A stretch of 64,000 bases of DNA from Octopus vulgaris (taxonomy: Eukaryota): contig OX597816.1 in the NCBI GenBank assembly GCA_951406725.2, positions 123,194,001-123,258,000 on the forward strand, in the 5' to 3' direction. Both the position numbers and the translations under genes were made by a program. Of this stretch, positions 25,980 to 38,599 are shown one piece after another (positions within the stretch are counted from its first letter, which is position 1; every line of letters begins with the position of its first letter). The notes beneath the pieces were generated by a model, which ran no database searches, was not told the origin of the DNA, and saw only the letters and a program-made list of their open reading frames with translations.

Positions 25980-26181
25980 TATTATTATCATCATTATTAT
26001 TATCATTATTATTATCATCATCATTATCATCATTATTATCATCATCATTATTATCATCATCATCATTATTATCATCATCATCATTATTATCATCATCATC
26101 ATCATCATCATTATTGTCATCATCATTATTGTCATCATCATTATTATCATCATTATTATTATTATCATTATTATTATTATT
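25921..26181. repeat. Compound (CCT)n/(CAT)n/(TAT)n microsatellite, expanded tail of a family R fragment
   Basis: Direct reading; abuts TTTAATGTCAGTTTTCCATGCAGGCATGG. Confidence 0.9.
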
Positions 26182-27574
26182 TAATGTCAGTTTTCCATGC
26201 AGGCATGGATTGGATGGTTTGATAGAAGCTGACGAGCTGAAAGGCTGTTCAGGCATTTCAGGATACCGTAGGGATTAATTGGATATGCAAGTAACTTACA
26301 GGAATTACAGCATAAAACATGGAAGTTGAGTAAACTAGAAATAGTCTGCATTGGCAAGAATTATTCTATAGAATATGTAGAACCACCCAAGGAAAAATTC
26401 GATTACTGCAAAGAATGAACACTTGTATTTTGCTCAAGAGTGTGAGAGGAAAAGAGAAAACAGAGAGAGAGAATAAAAGAGAAAGAGAGAAGTATTGATA
26501 CTTTGTTCACATTGCAATCAAAGAGACAATATTTTCTTTAACTTTGTCTGTCATTGGAGTTTCATCTTACAGTTTATCTATTTGTTCATCTTGTTCTTAC
26601 TGTTTAAACAGGAGGAAAGGCAGTGCCCAAGACCTTGTACAGGGTCTTTGAGGCTGATAGGTGTTAGAGCGGGAGGTATCCTCAAATTGGTGATATTGTT
26701 TCAATACTTGTAACAGATTGGATTCCACTAAAGACACCAAAGAGTGAAGTAGAAGCATTAAACAGAGTGATGCGTTGTCTGTCACTCAAGTATGCTACAG
26801 TAGAATTTAAACTCTGAAAACAAAGCCAGAATAAATATTGCTGTTTGATACTCTAACTGTTCCACCCAACCACTGTCCTAATGAAACTCTATTTATTAAT
26901 CCTGGAAGGATGAAAGACAAAGTTGACTTTGACAAGATTTGAACTCAAAATGCAAGAAACTAGAATAACCACTGCAAGGTGTCAAGATTTGGGCAAAACT
27001 AAGCACCAGTTTTATAATTGAACTCCTGAAGCTCATTGAAATATCTGCTGCTTATGCTAACACTTGAATCAGACAAATACTAGAGCTTAGTACTATTGAG
27101 AAACATAGCAACAATATTTTCCTATCTCCCTATCTTAGGAAAGTTGGCAGAGGCAGGCAGAAAATGTTGGAAGCGATGTTGAATTAACAACGGTCATTAA
27201 CATGGAATTTCTCAATATTGTATGACACTAAATAGCATAAACTTGATATTACTAATGAGAGAAAATTCGTTAACTATTAATGTATTGCAGCTCCTTCCAT
27301 CCATGTAACTAAAAGTTTTTATTTCTTTCTGGACACTTGCCATGCTGATATTTATTCATATATTTATTTATTTTATATCATACTGGGAAAATAATTTTGT
27401 CATTGATTACAGGTTTCTAACATACCAATAAATAGTTCACTGCATTTATAATTGCAAAGGTGGCAATGCAACATATGTGAAATTGGCAGAACAATTACTA
27501 CACTTTGTGTTTTTATTTCAAAGCTCTGGAATTTTGCTTTTCGCATCAATGCTTACTTATTTGATAACTATGTA

Positions 27575-27636
<62 letters not shown>

Positions 27637-28509
27637 AAATATGCATTTGAACATAAACATAGACTATTTTCTCTCTTCATCTCTCTCTCATGCATATATG
27701 TATGATAATGATATTGATGATGATAAGGATGATGATGATGGTGTATGTGCGTAGAACTCAAGGAGATTTAGCCTTTAACTACAAAGATATTATTACAAAT
27801 GATAGATTAAGAAAAGTCAAAACAAATTAAACTCATTTCTAAAGAAGAGGGAAGATTATTTTTTTTGTTTTGTCTTGACCCAGATCAACCCTGACCAATC
27901 AGATTTATGACCAAAGGAATTTCAGCTATGATTACCATATCTTTTTCTAGGATTACATTAGTGAATATATTTTATTTGTGTTTAACATGGTAGGGTGGGA
28001 TTTGAGGGACATCTGACAGCAATTTCTAACAGCCTACCCAATCTTGCAATGACTGACGTTTTGTTCTGGGGAGAAGTTGGCCTGCTCACCTAGCCAGTAA
28101 GGTGATATCATCTGAAAGCCAAAACAATGCAAGGGAGTGAAGTGTGACCAGCAGGGTGTTACAATATCCAATAGTTTGGTCAATACTGCGATACTGTGAT
28201 GTATATGTAGACATGCGTGTGCTTTTATGTCATTATTCAGTTTTATTTCAAGATTCCTTGCCAAAGTATCTTGCCAAAGTATCAAAGTTGGTATGTATGT
28301 CATTCTCAGATCAGTTCAGAAAGAATATTTAAAGTTGCCTTTCTGTCTTTCTTGACAAGAATTATTATTACAGATACAATTTTGATCACTTAAAAAAAGT
28401 TATGAAGCTTACTACATTAAACGCTTCATTCAACTATGTTCTTCATGTAGAATATATGTATATATGTATGTGTGTGTGTATTTATATGTATGTATCTGTA
28501 CATATAACA

Positions 28510-29452
28510 TCATCATCATCATCAATATTTAACATCTGCTTTCCATGCAGGCATGGGTTAAATGGTCTCACTAGGACTGGTAAGCCTAAGAGCTGCAAGT
28601 TCCAGTTTGATTTGGCATGGTTTCTACAGCTGGATGCTGTTCCTAATGCCAACCGCTCTGATAGTGTAATAGGTGTTTTTGTATGTGCCACCAGCATGGG
28701 TGCCATTTACATGACACTGGCAATGATCATGACTACAGTCTCACTTGGCTTCATAATATATATATATATATATATAATCCAAATTAAAATCAAATTTGAT
28801 GACTGGCATCTGTGCTAGTGGTGTGCAAAGAGCACGATACAAGTGTGATCATTGACAGAGCGGCTAATCAGCTTCTGTTCCAGTGGCACATAAAAGGCAC
28901 CATTTGAGTGTGATCATTACTAGCATCGCCTTACTGGCACTTGAGCCCCGTGCTAGCAGGATGCTAAGAGCACCATCCGAGCATGATAGTTGCCAGAGTG
29001 GCTAACTGGCTTTCATGCTGGTGGCACGTAAAAGGCACCATTTGAGCATGATTATTACCAGCATTGCCTCAGTGACACCTGTGCCGGTGGCATGTGTAAA
29101 AAGATTTGAGTGAGCCCATTGCCAGTACCGCCTGACTGGCCCCTGTGCCGGTGGCATGTAAAAGCACCCAGTACACTCTCGGAGTGGTTAGCATTAGGAA
29201 GAGCATCCAGCTGTAGAAACTCTGCCAGATCAAGATTGGAGCATGGTGCAGCCATCTGGTTCACCAGAGCTGTAGAGACTCTGCCAGATCAAGATTGGAG
29301 CATGGTGCAGCCATCTGGTTCACCAGAGCTGTAGAGACTCTGCCAGATCAAGATTGGAGCATGGTGCAGCCATCTGGTTCACCAGCCCACAGTCAAATCG
29401 TCCAACCCATGCTAGCATGGAAAGTGGATGTTAAACGATGATGATGATGATA
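28510..29452. mobile_element. Two family R retroposons in opposite orientation (28510-28750 minus; 28780-29452 plus)
   Basis: Shared family motifs; (CAT)n and (GAT)n tails at the outer ends. Confidence 0.75.
29209..29385 (+). repeat. 59-bp tandem triplication inside a family R element
   Basis: AGCTGTAGA(A/G)ACTCTGCCAGATCAAGATTGGAGCATGGTGCAGCCATCTGGTTCACCAG starts at 29209, 29268 and 29327. Confidence 0.95.
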
Positions 29453-29525
29453 TATATACATAACATACACACACACACATATATATGTATATACATATAT
29501 TTATTTATTTATATGTACATGTATT

Positions 29526-29557
<32 letters not shown>

Positions 29558-30242
29558 AATATCATGACAAATATCAAAGAATGGCGTTAGGGATAGCAAA
29601 TCATTTTAAAACTTCATTTACAATCATTTCATCAAAACTCAGTATAATCAATTAATCAATCTTGCATATTGTTGTAACCATGTCAGCAACTATTAATTAA
29701 TTTTCATGTGAAATGTAGGATTTCTTTTATAGTACATGGTGGAAATATTTTATGTGATAAATACCAAGGTTGTATATGACAATTCATTTGGTATATATGT
29801 GTGTATAAATAAATAAATGTGTATGTAAATAAATCAATGTGCGTGTAAATAAAAAGAGACATACATACATACAATTACTGGGGCATTGGGGTATGTAACA
29901 TATTGCCTAAATACCAATCTTGAGAAATTAAGCTTCTCAGAACCAGAAAGGGGAAAGCTGATTTGGACACTACAGATCCAAGCCATCACTGGAACTGTAA
30001 AACGCCGTAGAACTTTCCAGAAGTTTATCATTTAAGTTTATAGGAGCATATCTAGATATGCAAGTATATACATGAGAAGACATACATAAAACAAAACATA
30101 CAAATCTGCACATATAAATACATACATACATACAATACCTTGTTGTTGATGTTGAAATTCCATTGAAGGCACCTTGGATCCAGGTTAGAAACTGGCTCTT
30201 TCTCTATTGGCAAATCTTGAAATAAAACTGAATAATCTCACA

Positions 30243-30276
<34 letters not shown>

Positions 30277-30346
30277 TGCATATGATGGATGTCTATGTAG
30301 GTTCTATTTGTCAAATTTCTCTCTCTAGGCATTAATCAATTCAACA

Positions 30347-31282
30347 CATAGGTTCTCAAAGTGGGTGCTACCGCCCCGATGGGTGTTGAAATGGTCCAGG
30401 TGGGCACTGGTGCCTAAGGGGGTGGGTGGGTGGGAGCAGTAGAGAAAAAGGAGGCATTGGGAGGAAGGTAATGAATTGGGGGACGCTATGAATTTATTAT
30501 ATTATTATAGTATTGTATACAAATTATATAATACTAGCAGCTAAGCCTCGTTTCACCCAGTCTGTTTGGATAAAGTGGCTGTGATCGTTTTCGGTTAAGC
30601 ATAATCTATAACAGCGTTTCTCAACCTTATCATTTCAGGTCTCCTGTTTCAATTGGAGGCTCCAGCTGTATGAAAATTTCCTGACTAGACCTGGTAGAAA
30701 TAGCAGCCAAATCTCCCTCAAAACACCCTACTTTCTTAATCTGATAATTCTGCCTATTATATAGTTTGAATGAGAAACTGTAACTAAAGATTAAGATTAT
30801 TAACCCCACAAAGAGGTGAAAGAAGAGAGACAGCATAGCAAAAGTTTTGGCTGACTGTCATCCTGTACTCCCCTTTTTGCTAGCGAAATGGTATATGCCA
30901 GCTGTGTGAGCAACTGGTTGTTTTATTAGCGGAACAAACGGGAATTCCATAGGAAAAGTTTTAATCGATTTTCTTGGTAACTATGGGGGCTAGGAAAAAA
31001 AAATACAAACTGCATTCCAATATATGTACCTGTCTCCACATGTGTGCCATTTTTCAAGCAAATCAATCCAGACGTTTGGCTGTGAACCTCAAGACAAGAA
31101 TGAATACAACGCTCGCCCTTGTCCAATTTATATTATAGATTATATTAAATAACAAATGATTCACAGTATATATAAATTAGTAAAATATAAAATATTTATT
31201 TTTACATAAATAGGGGTGGAGGTGATAAGGGTATTATGTTGCTATGAGTGGGGCATTGGCCCAAAAAGTTTGAGAACCTCTG
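30347..31282. mobile_element. hAT (Charlie-like) non-autonomous DNA transposon
   Basis: TIRs CATAGGTTCTCAAA / TTTGAGAACCTCTG. Degenerate 8-bp TSD ATTCAACA / ATTCAAGG. Confidence 0.7.
30534..31139 (-). mobile_element. Non-autonomous Helitron-like element nested in the hAT MITE
   Basis: Minus strand A|TCTATAATATAAA ... CTGGGTGAAACGAGG (decayed hairpin) ... CTAG|T; no TSD. Confidence 0.6.
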
Positions 31283-32164
31283 ATTCAAGGCTTTGTTAGA
31301 AAACAAAAGTGCACATATTTTCTGAGTGGACTTTGTTAAATAGGAAATAAAAGTAACATAGAGCACAATGCCAAACCTGATATACATTATTTTTGAGATC
31401 CAAATAGTAGAGTTTCAGATAACTATCTTTGCTAATATCTGTTGTCGAGTGGATCTGAATCATCATTAAATCTCAATGCATGAATCAGTTGAAAGGACGA
31501 TTTTATATTCAAAGAAAGTGTGAATGTTGATAGATGTTATACCACAGCTAAGTAGTCACCGAAGAAGATAGATGAATTTTTCATCCCAGAGGATGGTAAG
31601 GTTCATATCTAATAGATTAAAGAAAGGACTATCTAAGATGGATATTGATAATATGACAGATGACTCAAATATATGAATATATTTCTTTCATGTAAACATC
31701 TAAAATATTGAGATGAATATTAGAGATCCGTGGTAAATGTTAAATCAGATTAGTATAGAATTCAGTGTGATCTCAGAACAGCTATAATTTATCCCAAAAT
31801 ATGACAATTTCCAATATTATGAGATAAACCTGACAATAGAATAACATAAAAGCTGTTGGATTTGACTGAGGATCAATGTTTGTTCTGAGAGGGCAAAATT
31901 CACTACTAGTACTTTACTAGAATCAAGCTTAAGTTTAGTAATTTATAAGTGTTAATTTCATAAAATCTGGAGATATGTAAAGCAATGTCAATTCCAATGG
32001 AATATGAATTCAGAACAAAACGAGAAGAAAGTGAATAGTGCATGGTAATGTTTAATGCCTTAGAATATTTTGTTAGTGAAAGCATATGGCCAAGTGGTTA
32101 GCGTGTTTGGCTCACATCAAAAGGTTATGGGTTGAATTTCTTAATCTGGTGGGGTACTATGTTC

Positions 32165-32395
32165 CTATTTCTTTATTGGCCACACGGGGCTAAACATAGA
32201 GGGGAAAAACAAGGACAGACAGAGGGATTAAGTCGATTAGATCGACCCCATTGCATAACTGGTACTTAATTTAGTGACCCCAAAAGGATGAAAGGCAAAG
32301 TTGACCTCGTCGGAATTTGAACTCAGAATGTAATGGCAGATGAAATACCACTAAGCATTTTGCCAGGCGTGTTAACATTTCTGCCAGCTTGCCAC
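32165..32395 (-). mobile_element. tRNA-derived SINE family B
   Basis: Reverse complement of the element at 43300-43528. Other decayed copies near 8850, 12355, 17530, 26880, 40810, 41040, 49575, 50870 and 57485. Confidence 0.8.
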
Positions 32396-33367
32396 TTTGT
32401 GTTGTTGATCAGGGTACTTCATTTCACATACTCCAATCTTTTCAGTACCAATGAATTTCTTCCAGGTACTGCTGTGGTCTCCTCTCCCACCAGCTGTCAC
32501 ATCTTGGATGTGCAACTGAATCAAGAGAATAATAGGTCTGAGAGAGTATCTGTGTCCATTCATGACTATAATAGAGACTTGAAGCAATTAGGGAGTGCAC
32601 AGCAAATGTTACCAAGCAATTTTCATTCACGAATGATGACTGGCTATTCTTCTACAATATTATATTGTAAGTCTTGGCTTTACTGTTTCAACCAACTCAA
32701 AATTCTTTCCATGGTGTATAATAAATTTATTTAGTTACTGCGTTCTGGTAATATTTCTGAATATTTGTAATCTGTTAGTTGTAAACACAAAAGTTTATGG
32801 GCAGTCATAAAAGTTCTTCTAATATATCATAACACAAATACACAAATAAAACATTCAGGCAAAACAAATACTCAATATCAGTGAAGGAAAATCTGTGAAA
32901 TTTCTAATCAGCTTGTGCCTTTTGTTGTGCAACTTATGTATTGATTTATTGATTTCTTTTTGTCATACATTGATTGTTATGATGATGAATAAACTCGATG
33001 AAATCATTCATTTTCACTCTGTGTGCTTGCTTGTTTTGGGAATTTGATAATGTTACAAAGTGGTAGAGTTTACTCACAGATGCACTGTAGGATTTAGAAT
33101 GGAACAGTGATCACAAATGGGGTACATAAGTATGAGTATGAGAAATGGTCATAACTTCAGCTGTATGAAATTAAACAAGCTAGTGTATGGATTCCAGCAA
33201 AAGATTAACTGGTGCAGTAACAAAAATTAGTTCAGTGAAATACTGGTGCAGTGATAGAGTTCATATAGCTGTCTGATAGTAATAAAAATATTAGTTTAAG
33301 CGAGGACAATTTTAGTACAAATAAAGAAGTGTATTGAAGTGAGACACAAAAAAGTGATGAATATATA

Positions 33368-33524
33368 GGCACAGGCATGGCCGAGTGGTAAGAAGTTTGC
33401 TTTCTACCACATGGTTCTCGGTTCAGTCCTACTGCATGTCACCTTTGACAAGTGTCTTCTAGTATAGTCTTGAGCTGACCAAAACCTTGTGAGAGAATTT
33501 GGTAGACAGAAACTGAAGGAAGCC

Positions 33525-33566
<42 letters not shown>

Positions 33567-33864
33567 TCATCATTATCGTTTTCACGTATGCTTTCCATGC
33601 TGGCATGGGTTGGACGGTTTGACTGGGGACTGGTAAGCCAGGAGGCTGCACTAGGTTCCAATCTGATCTGGCAAGGTTTCTATAGCTGGATACCCATGCT
33701 AACACCAACCAGTCTGAGAGTGTAGTGGGTGCTTTTTACAGGCCACCAGCACAGGAACCAGTCAGGCAGCACTGGCATCAACCACACTCAAATGGTGCTT
33801 TTTATGTGCCACCAGCATGTAGCCAATCAGGTAGCACTGGCATATATATATATATATTTATTTA

Positions 33865-33907
<43 letters not shown>

Positions 33908-33951
33908 GTAAATATACATGTATATATATATATGTATATATATATGTATAT

Positions 33952-33995
<44 letters not shown>

Positions 33996-34255
33996 GTGTA
34001 TGTGTGTGTGTGTGCATGTGCATGCCTTTGTGTCTGTGTTTCTCCCCTCCCCGCCGCCACCACCACCACCACTTCACAGCTGGTGTTGGTGAGCTCATGT
34101 CACTGTAACTTAGCAGTGTGGCAAAAACAAACTGATAAAATAAGCACCTGGCTTATCAAAACACAAGTATAGGTGTCGATGCATTTGACTAAAATTTCTT
34201 CAAGCATTCTAAAAATGCTCCAGCATGACCGAAGTCCAGTAACTGTAACCAACAA
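33368..34255 (+). mobile_element. SINE family A interrupted in its internal (TA)n by a family R element (33565-33842, minus)
   Basis: 5' half 33368-33530; 3' half ~34000-34255. Confidence 0.75.
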
Positions 34256-34545
34256 AAAATAAGCAATAAATGATATTGAGATAGGTGAAAATAGAGGTTT
34301 ATGTATTTGGCCCTCGTGCCAGTGGTGCAGCCATCTGGTTCACTAGTCCTAAGTCAAATCGTCCAACCCATGCTAGCATGGAAAGCGGACGTTAAACAAT
34401 GATGATGATGATGATGATTAGAAAACACCAATGTTGTAAAATGAGGGCAGATACATCAAGACAATAGATCAGTATTATAATGTTGGTGAGTGAATATGTC
34501 AGTCCAGCGGGCAACTTTCTGAAATGCAATCTAGAATATTGTTTC

Positions 34546-34796
34546 TCTTCTATCTTTTACTAGTTTCAATCATTAGTCTGCGGCCATGCTGGAGCACTGC
34601 CTTGAAGAAATTTTAGTCAAACAAATCAATCCCAGGATTTATTTAAAAAAATTAAAAAAACACTTTTCTTTTTATCAGTCTCTTTTGCCAGGCTGCTAAG
34701 TTATGAGAATGTAAACACACCAACACTTGTTATCAAGCAATGGTGAATGGTGAGGAAGTAATACAGATACAAAGACACACACATATATATATATGC

Positions 34797-34827
<31 letters not shown>

Positions 34828-35273
34828 TATGGATGAATGAATTATCCTTTGTTTACAGTTATCACGGAAAATTCAATAAACAGTTACCAGGGTAGCAAAA
34901 TTCACGCAAGTAACAAGGATGTAGCGACCTATTCAAAGGTAGAAACTCCGGATTAATGTGCAGTAATTTGTATAGTATAAATAAATAAATGGAGTTGAAC
35001 GCAGATGTTATTCAATTTTTTTTACTTTTGACATGTTTTGAAACATGTTGAAAGTGAAAGAATTTGAATAACATCTGCATTCAACTCCATTTATATATAT
35101 ATATATATATATATATACATGACAGGTTTCTTTTAGCTTCCATCTACCAAATCCACTTATAAGGCTTTGGTCAACCCTGGGCTAAAGTAGAAGACACTTG
35201 CTCAAGTTGCCACATCGTGGAACTGAACCCAGAACCATGTGCTTGTGAAGCATACTTCTTATCACACAGCCAC
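34546..35273 (-). mobile_element. SINE family A interrupted by a fold-back insertion (~34830-35094)
   Basis: 3' half 34546-34790; 5' half 35120-35273. Confidence 0.75.
34985..35094. repeat. 110-bp palindrome centred on a GAAA-CATG-T(C/T) HHR-like half
   Basis: ATAAATGGAGTTGAACGCAGATGTTATTCAA...GACATGTTTT|GAAACATGTT...TTGAATAACATCTGCATTCAACTCCATTTAT. Confidence 0.8.
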
Positions 35274-35804
35274 ATGTATTTACATCTTTTCAGATATCTG
35301 ACCACTCATTGTAGGTGAAAAATTAACCCTTCTTCATTCTATTATTTTGTTAATATGCATTAAGCTAAACCTTTTAACTGATGAGTTAATTTTCATTTGT
35401 GGCTTTATGTGTTTGTTTCTCATCAATTAATCCATTAACATCATAAGTATTAATTAGGTTTTCTATTTTGTTTTGTTTTTTAATAAATAGATACCTCTTT
35501 AAATTTAATGATGCATTCTCTGATTCACATACTGCACTTTGTATAATGATAGTGAAACTCCCAAAATACTTCTTTTCTAATCACTATATATTGTTGAATT
35601 GATACTAGTCCATACTTTATAAATAATTAATATCTTGTTTGTTTATTTCATTCAAGAAGAGAAATAAATAGCGCCTAAGAAAGACAACTTTCCATCCATG
35701 TGCCAATAAAGCTTCATGACCTGTCAGAAATAGCAGCCAAATCTCCCTCAAATCACACCCTGCCATCTTAAAATAAAGGAAAAATATATATTTGATAATA
35801 TAAT

Positions 35805-36200
35805 GGCGCAGGAGTGGATGTATGGTAAGTAGCTTGCTTACCAACCATATGGTTCTGGGTTCATTCCCACTGCGTGGCAACTTGGGCAAGTGTCTTCTAC
35901 TATAGCCTTGGGCCGACCAAAGCCTTGTGAGTGGATTCGGCAGACGGAAGCTGAAGAAGCCCTTCGTATATATATGTATGTGTATATGTTTGTTTTTCTG
36001 TGTTTGTCCCCCCAACATCACTTGACAACTGATGCTGGTGTGTTTACGTCCCCATAACTTAGTGGTTCGGCAAAAGAGACCGATAGAATAAATACTAGGC
36101 TTCCAAAGAATAAGTCCTGGGGTTGATTTGCGTGACTAAAAGGCAGTGCTCTAGCATGGCTACAGTCAAATGACTGAAACAAGTAAAAGAGATAAAAGAG
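35805..36200 (+). mobile_element. Full-length SINE family A
   Basis: GGCGCAGGAGTGG head, GGTTCATTCCC B box, internal (TA/TG)n, ...TGACTGAAACAAGTAAAAGAG tail. Confidence 0.85.
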
Positions 36201-36701
36201 ATAATCCTAGAGAAAGACAGTGTGATCATGACTTTGGTCATAAGTTTGCTTGGTGAAGGGTGATCTGGGGCAAAATAACAATAACAACAGAAAAGCCTTC
36301 CCTCTTCTTTACAAACGAAAATGGTTTGTTATAACTTTTCTCAAACTGTCATTTATAATAACATATAAAGTTAATATCTTCATATCCAAACAAATTTTTG
36401 TCCTTGAATTCTCCTGCCTGACATATTTTCTTTAAAATTACTTTAAGGTAATATACTCTTACTCTTTACTCTTTTACTTGTTTCAGTCATTTGACTATGG
36501 CCATGCTGGAGCACTGCCTTTAGTTGAGCAAATCAACCCTAGCTCTTATTCTTTGTAAGCCTAGTACTAATTCTAGCGGTCTCTTTTGCCGAACCGCTAA
36601 GTTATGGGGATGTAAATACACAAGCATTGGTTGTCAAGCAATGTTGGGAGGACAAATACAGACATACAAACACACACACACACACAAACACATATATATA
36701 T

Positions 36702-36736
<35 letters not shown>

Positions 36737-36869
36737 AGAAAATAGTAAAGAGTGAAAAAACGACAGAAGGCTTAAATGTTAAAAAATATATATATTTGCG
36801 TCAAAATGTCTGGAGAATATTGGAAAAATTTATTTCCCTCCTTAAAATGACATAATTTTATAATTTTTA

Positions 36870-36908
36870 AAGAAATACCGGTTTCGCAGTTAGCTCTTCA
36901 AATTTCTT
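36870..36908 (-). ncRNA. Minimal HHR-like motif (U3 variant)
   Basis: AAGAAAU-UUGAAGA-GC UAACU GC-GAAA-CCGG-UA-UUUCUU. Confidence 0.6.
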
Positions 36909-37034
36909 GTGACTTAATGTTTATTTTTAATAACGTAATCCTTGTATTTTTGCTATGGAGAGTTCTAAATAAGGGAAAGTAGTGAGTGATTTTTTCTGAT
37001 GTAAGGGAGATAATCGCTTAAAAAATTTTTTCCT

Positions 37035-37310
37035 TTAGTGTGAATTTCTCTGTATTATTGAGTTCGGATAGTTGAGTCTGGGTTTGTACTTTTCAATGAA
37101 GAATGCTTCCTTATTTAGTCTAATTTGTGATGATGATCCGAAAGCACATTGGTAAAATGGAAAGATTAAAAATTGTGGTTGTAGTTGCTTTGCACATTTC
37201 TCAATGTGTTCACTAAAAGGTATCATTCTATATTCTGGGAATGCAATCTGTTGTCGATGCAGTGTGCATCTACGTCTGAGTGATAGTCCCGTGGACCCCA
37301 CGTAGTCTTG
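37035..37310 (-). pseudogene. Penelope GIY-YIG endonuclease C-terminal fragment (mirrored on + at 37312-37569)
   Basis: YVG.T, R..LH, conserved E and terminal LN of the GIY-YIG fold; open to a stop codon. Confidence 0.85.
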
Positions 37311-37698
37311 TACGGGACTATCACCCAGACGTAGATGCACACTGCATCGACAACAGATTGCATTCCCAGAATATAGAATGATACCTTTTAGTGAACACAT
37401 TGAGAAATGCGCAAAGCAACTACAACCACAATTTTTAATCTTTCCATTTTACCAATGTGCTTTCGGATCATCATCACAAATTAGACTAAATAAGGAAACG
37501 TTCTTCATTGAAAAGTACAAACCCAGACTCAACTATCCGAACTCAATAATACAGAGAAATTCACACTAAAGGAAAAAAAAATTTTTTAAGCGATTATCTC
37601 CCTTACACCGGAAAAAATCACTCACTACTTTCCCTTATTTAGAACTCTCCGTAGCAAAAATACAAGGATTACGTTATTAAAAATAAACATTAAGTCAC

Positions 37699-37737
37699 AA
37701 GAAATTTGAAGAGCTAACTGCGAAACCGGTATTTCTT
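37699..37737 (+). ncRNA. Minimal HHR-like motif (U3 variant), mirror copy
   Basis: TTGAAGA 37706-12, GAAA 37722-25, palindromic ACCGGT, GTA triplet, stem I AAGAAA/TTTCTT. Confidence 0.6.
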
Positions 37738-38599
37738 TAAAAATTATAAAATTATGTCATTTTAAGGAGGGAAATAAATTTTTCCAATATTCTCCAGACA
37801 TTTTGACGCAAATATATATATTTTTTAACATTTAAGCCTTCTGTCGTTTTTTCACTCTTTACTATTTTCTTATATATTCACCCACATGCTTTACCAAACA
37901 AACTTTCTTATCTATATATATATATATATACATATACGACGGGCTTTCAGTTTACTTCTACCAAATCCATTCACAAGGCTTTGGTTGACCCGAGGCTATA
38001 GTAGAAGACACTTGCCCAAGGTGCCATGCAGTGGGACTGAACCCTGAACCATGTGGTTCGTAAGCAAGCTACTTATTATGCAGCCATTCCTATGCATTAA
38101 ATTAGAATACAATCCTGTCTTTATACAGGGTTTACAAAAAAAAATTAGTTTTAAGACATACATCTATAAACTTCCACAGAACACCAAACATGGCTTTAAG
38201 CGATTATACTGTTGTATTAAGAACATTCAGGAAAGTCCTTTCTCCTCACTAATATTCAAAAATGCTTTCCATAATTTACTATCACCTAGCTGGAGTAGAA
38301 TGTCGAATTATTTGCCATAACAAATAATTTACTGCTGTTTGGTACCTTGTTGCGATATGATCTGTTATTAGAGCTGTCTCGATTAGGTATTGGGAAAAAG
38401 TAAAACGTGAGTGAAAATGATTTAGTATGAAATCTGATTAAAAGCTTATTAATGTGAAAGTTCATGAGTATTTGGATTTTCCACTAATTGAAACATCTTC
38501 TGTTTTTTTTTAAAGAGGAGATGAATGCAATACAAAACTAGAACACATAATTTGGTATTGGTGAATTTTTAAATAATGATATATATTTTAAAAAGAAAA

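Larger units (their letters stand above)
36731..37912. mobile_element. Penelope-like element: 5'-truncated GIY-YIG end plus pLTR, duplicated as a ~1.15-kb palindrome
   Basis: Arms 36731-37292 and 37312-37876, 19-nt spacer, ~36-nt unpaired tail. Translation YVGSTGLSLRRRCTLHRQQI...SEHIEKC...FPFY...RLNKE.FFIEKYKPRLN. Confidence 0.9.
36459..38095 (-). mobile_element. SINE family A split by the Penelope palindrome
   Basis: 3' half 36459-36730; 5' half 37913-38095. Confidence 0.8.

Noticed and set aside
25870-26278. Poly-His, poly-Ser and poly-Asp ORFs
   Set aside because: Trinucleotide microsatellite grown from a retroposon tail; no splice or domain support.
29209-29385. CRISPR-like regular repeat
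   Set aside because: No spacers; a plain tandem triplication within a retroposon in eukaryotic DNA.
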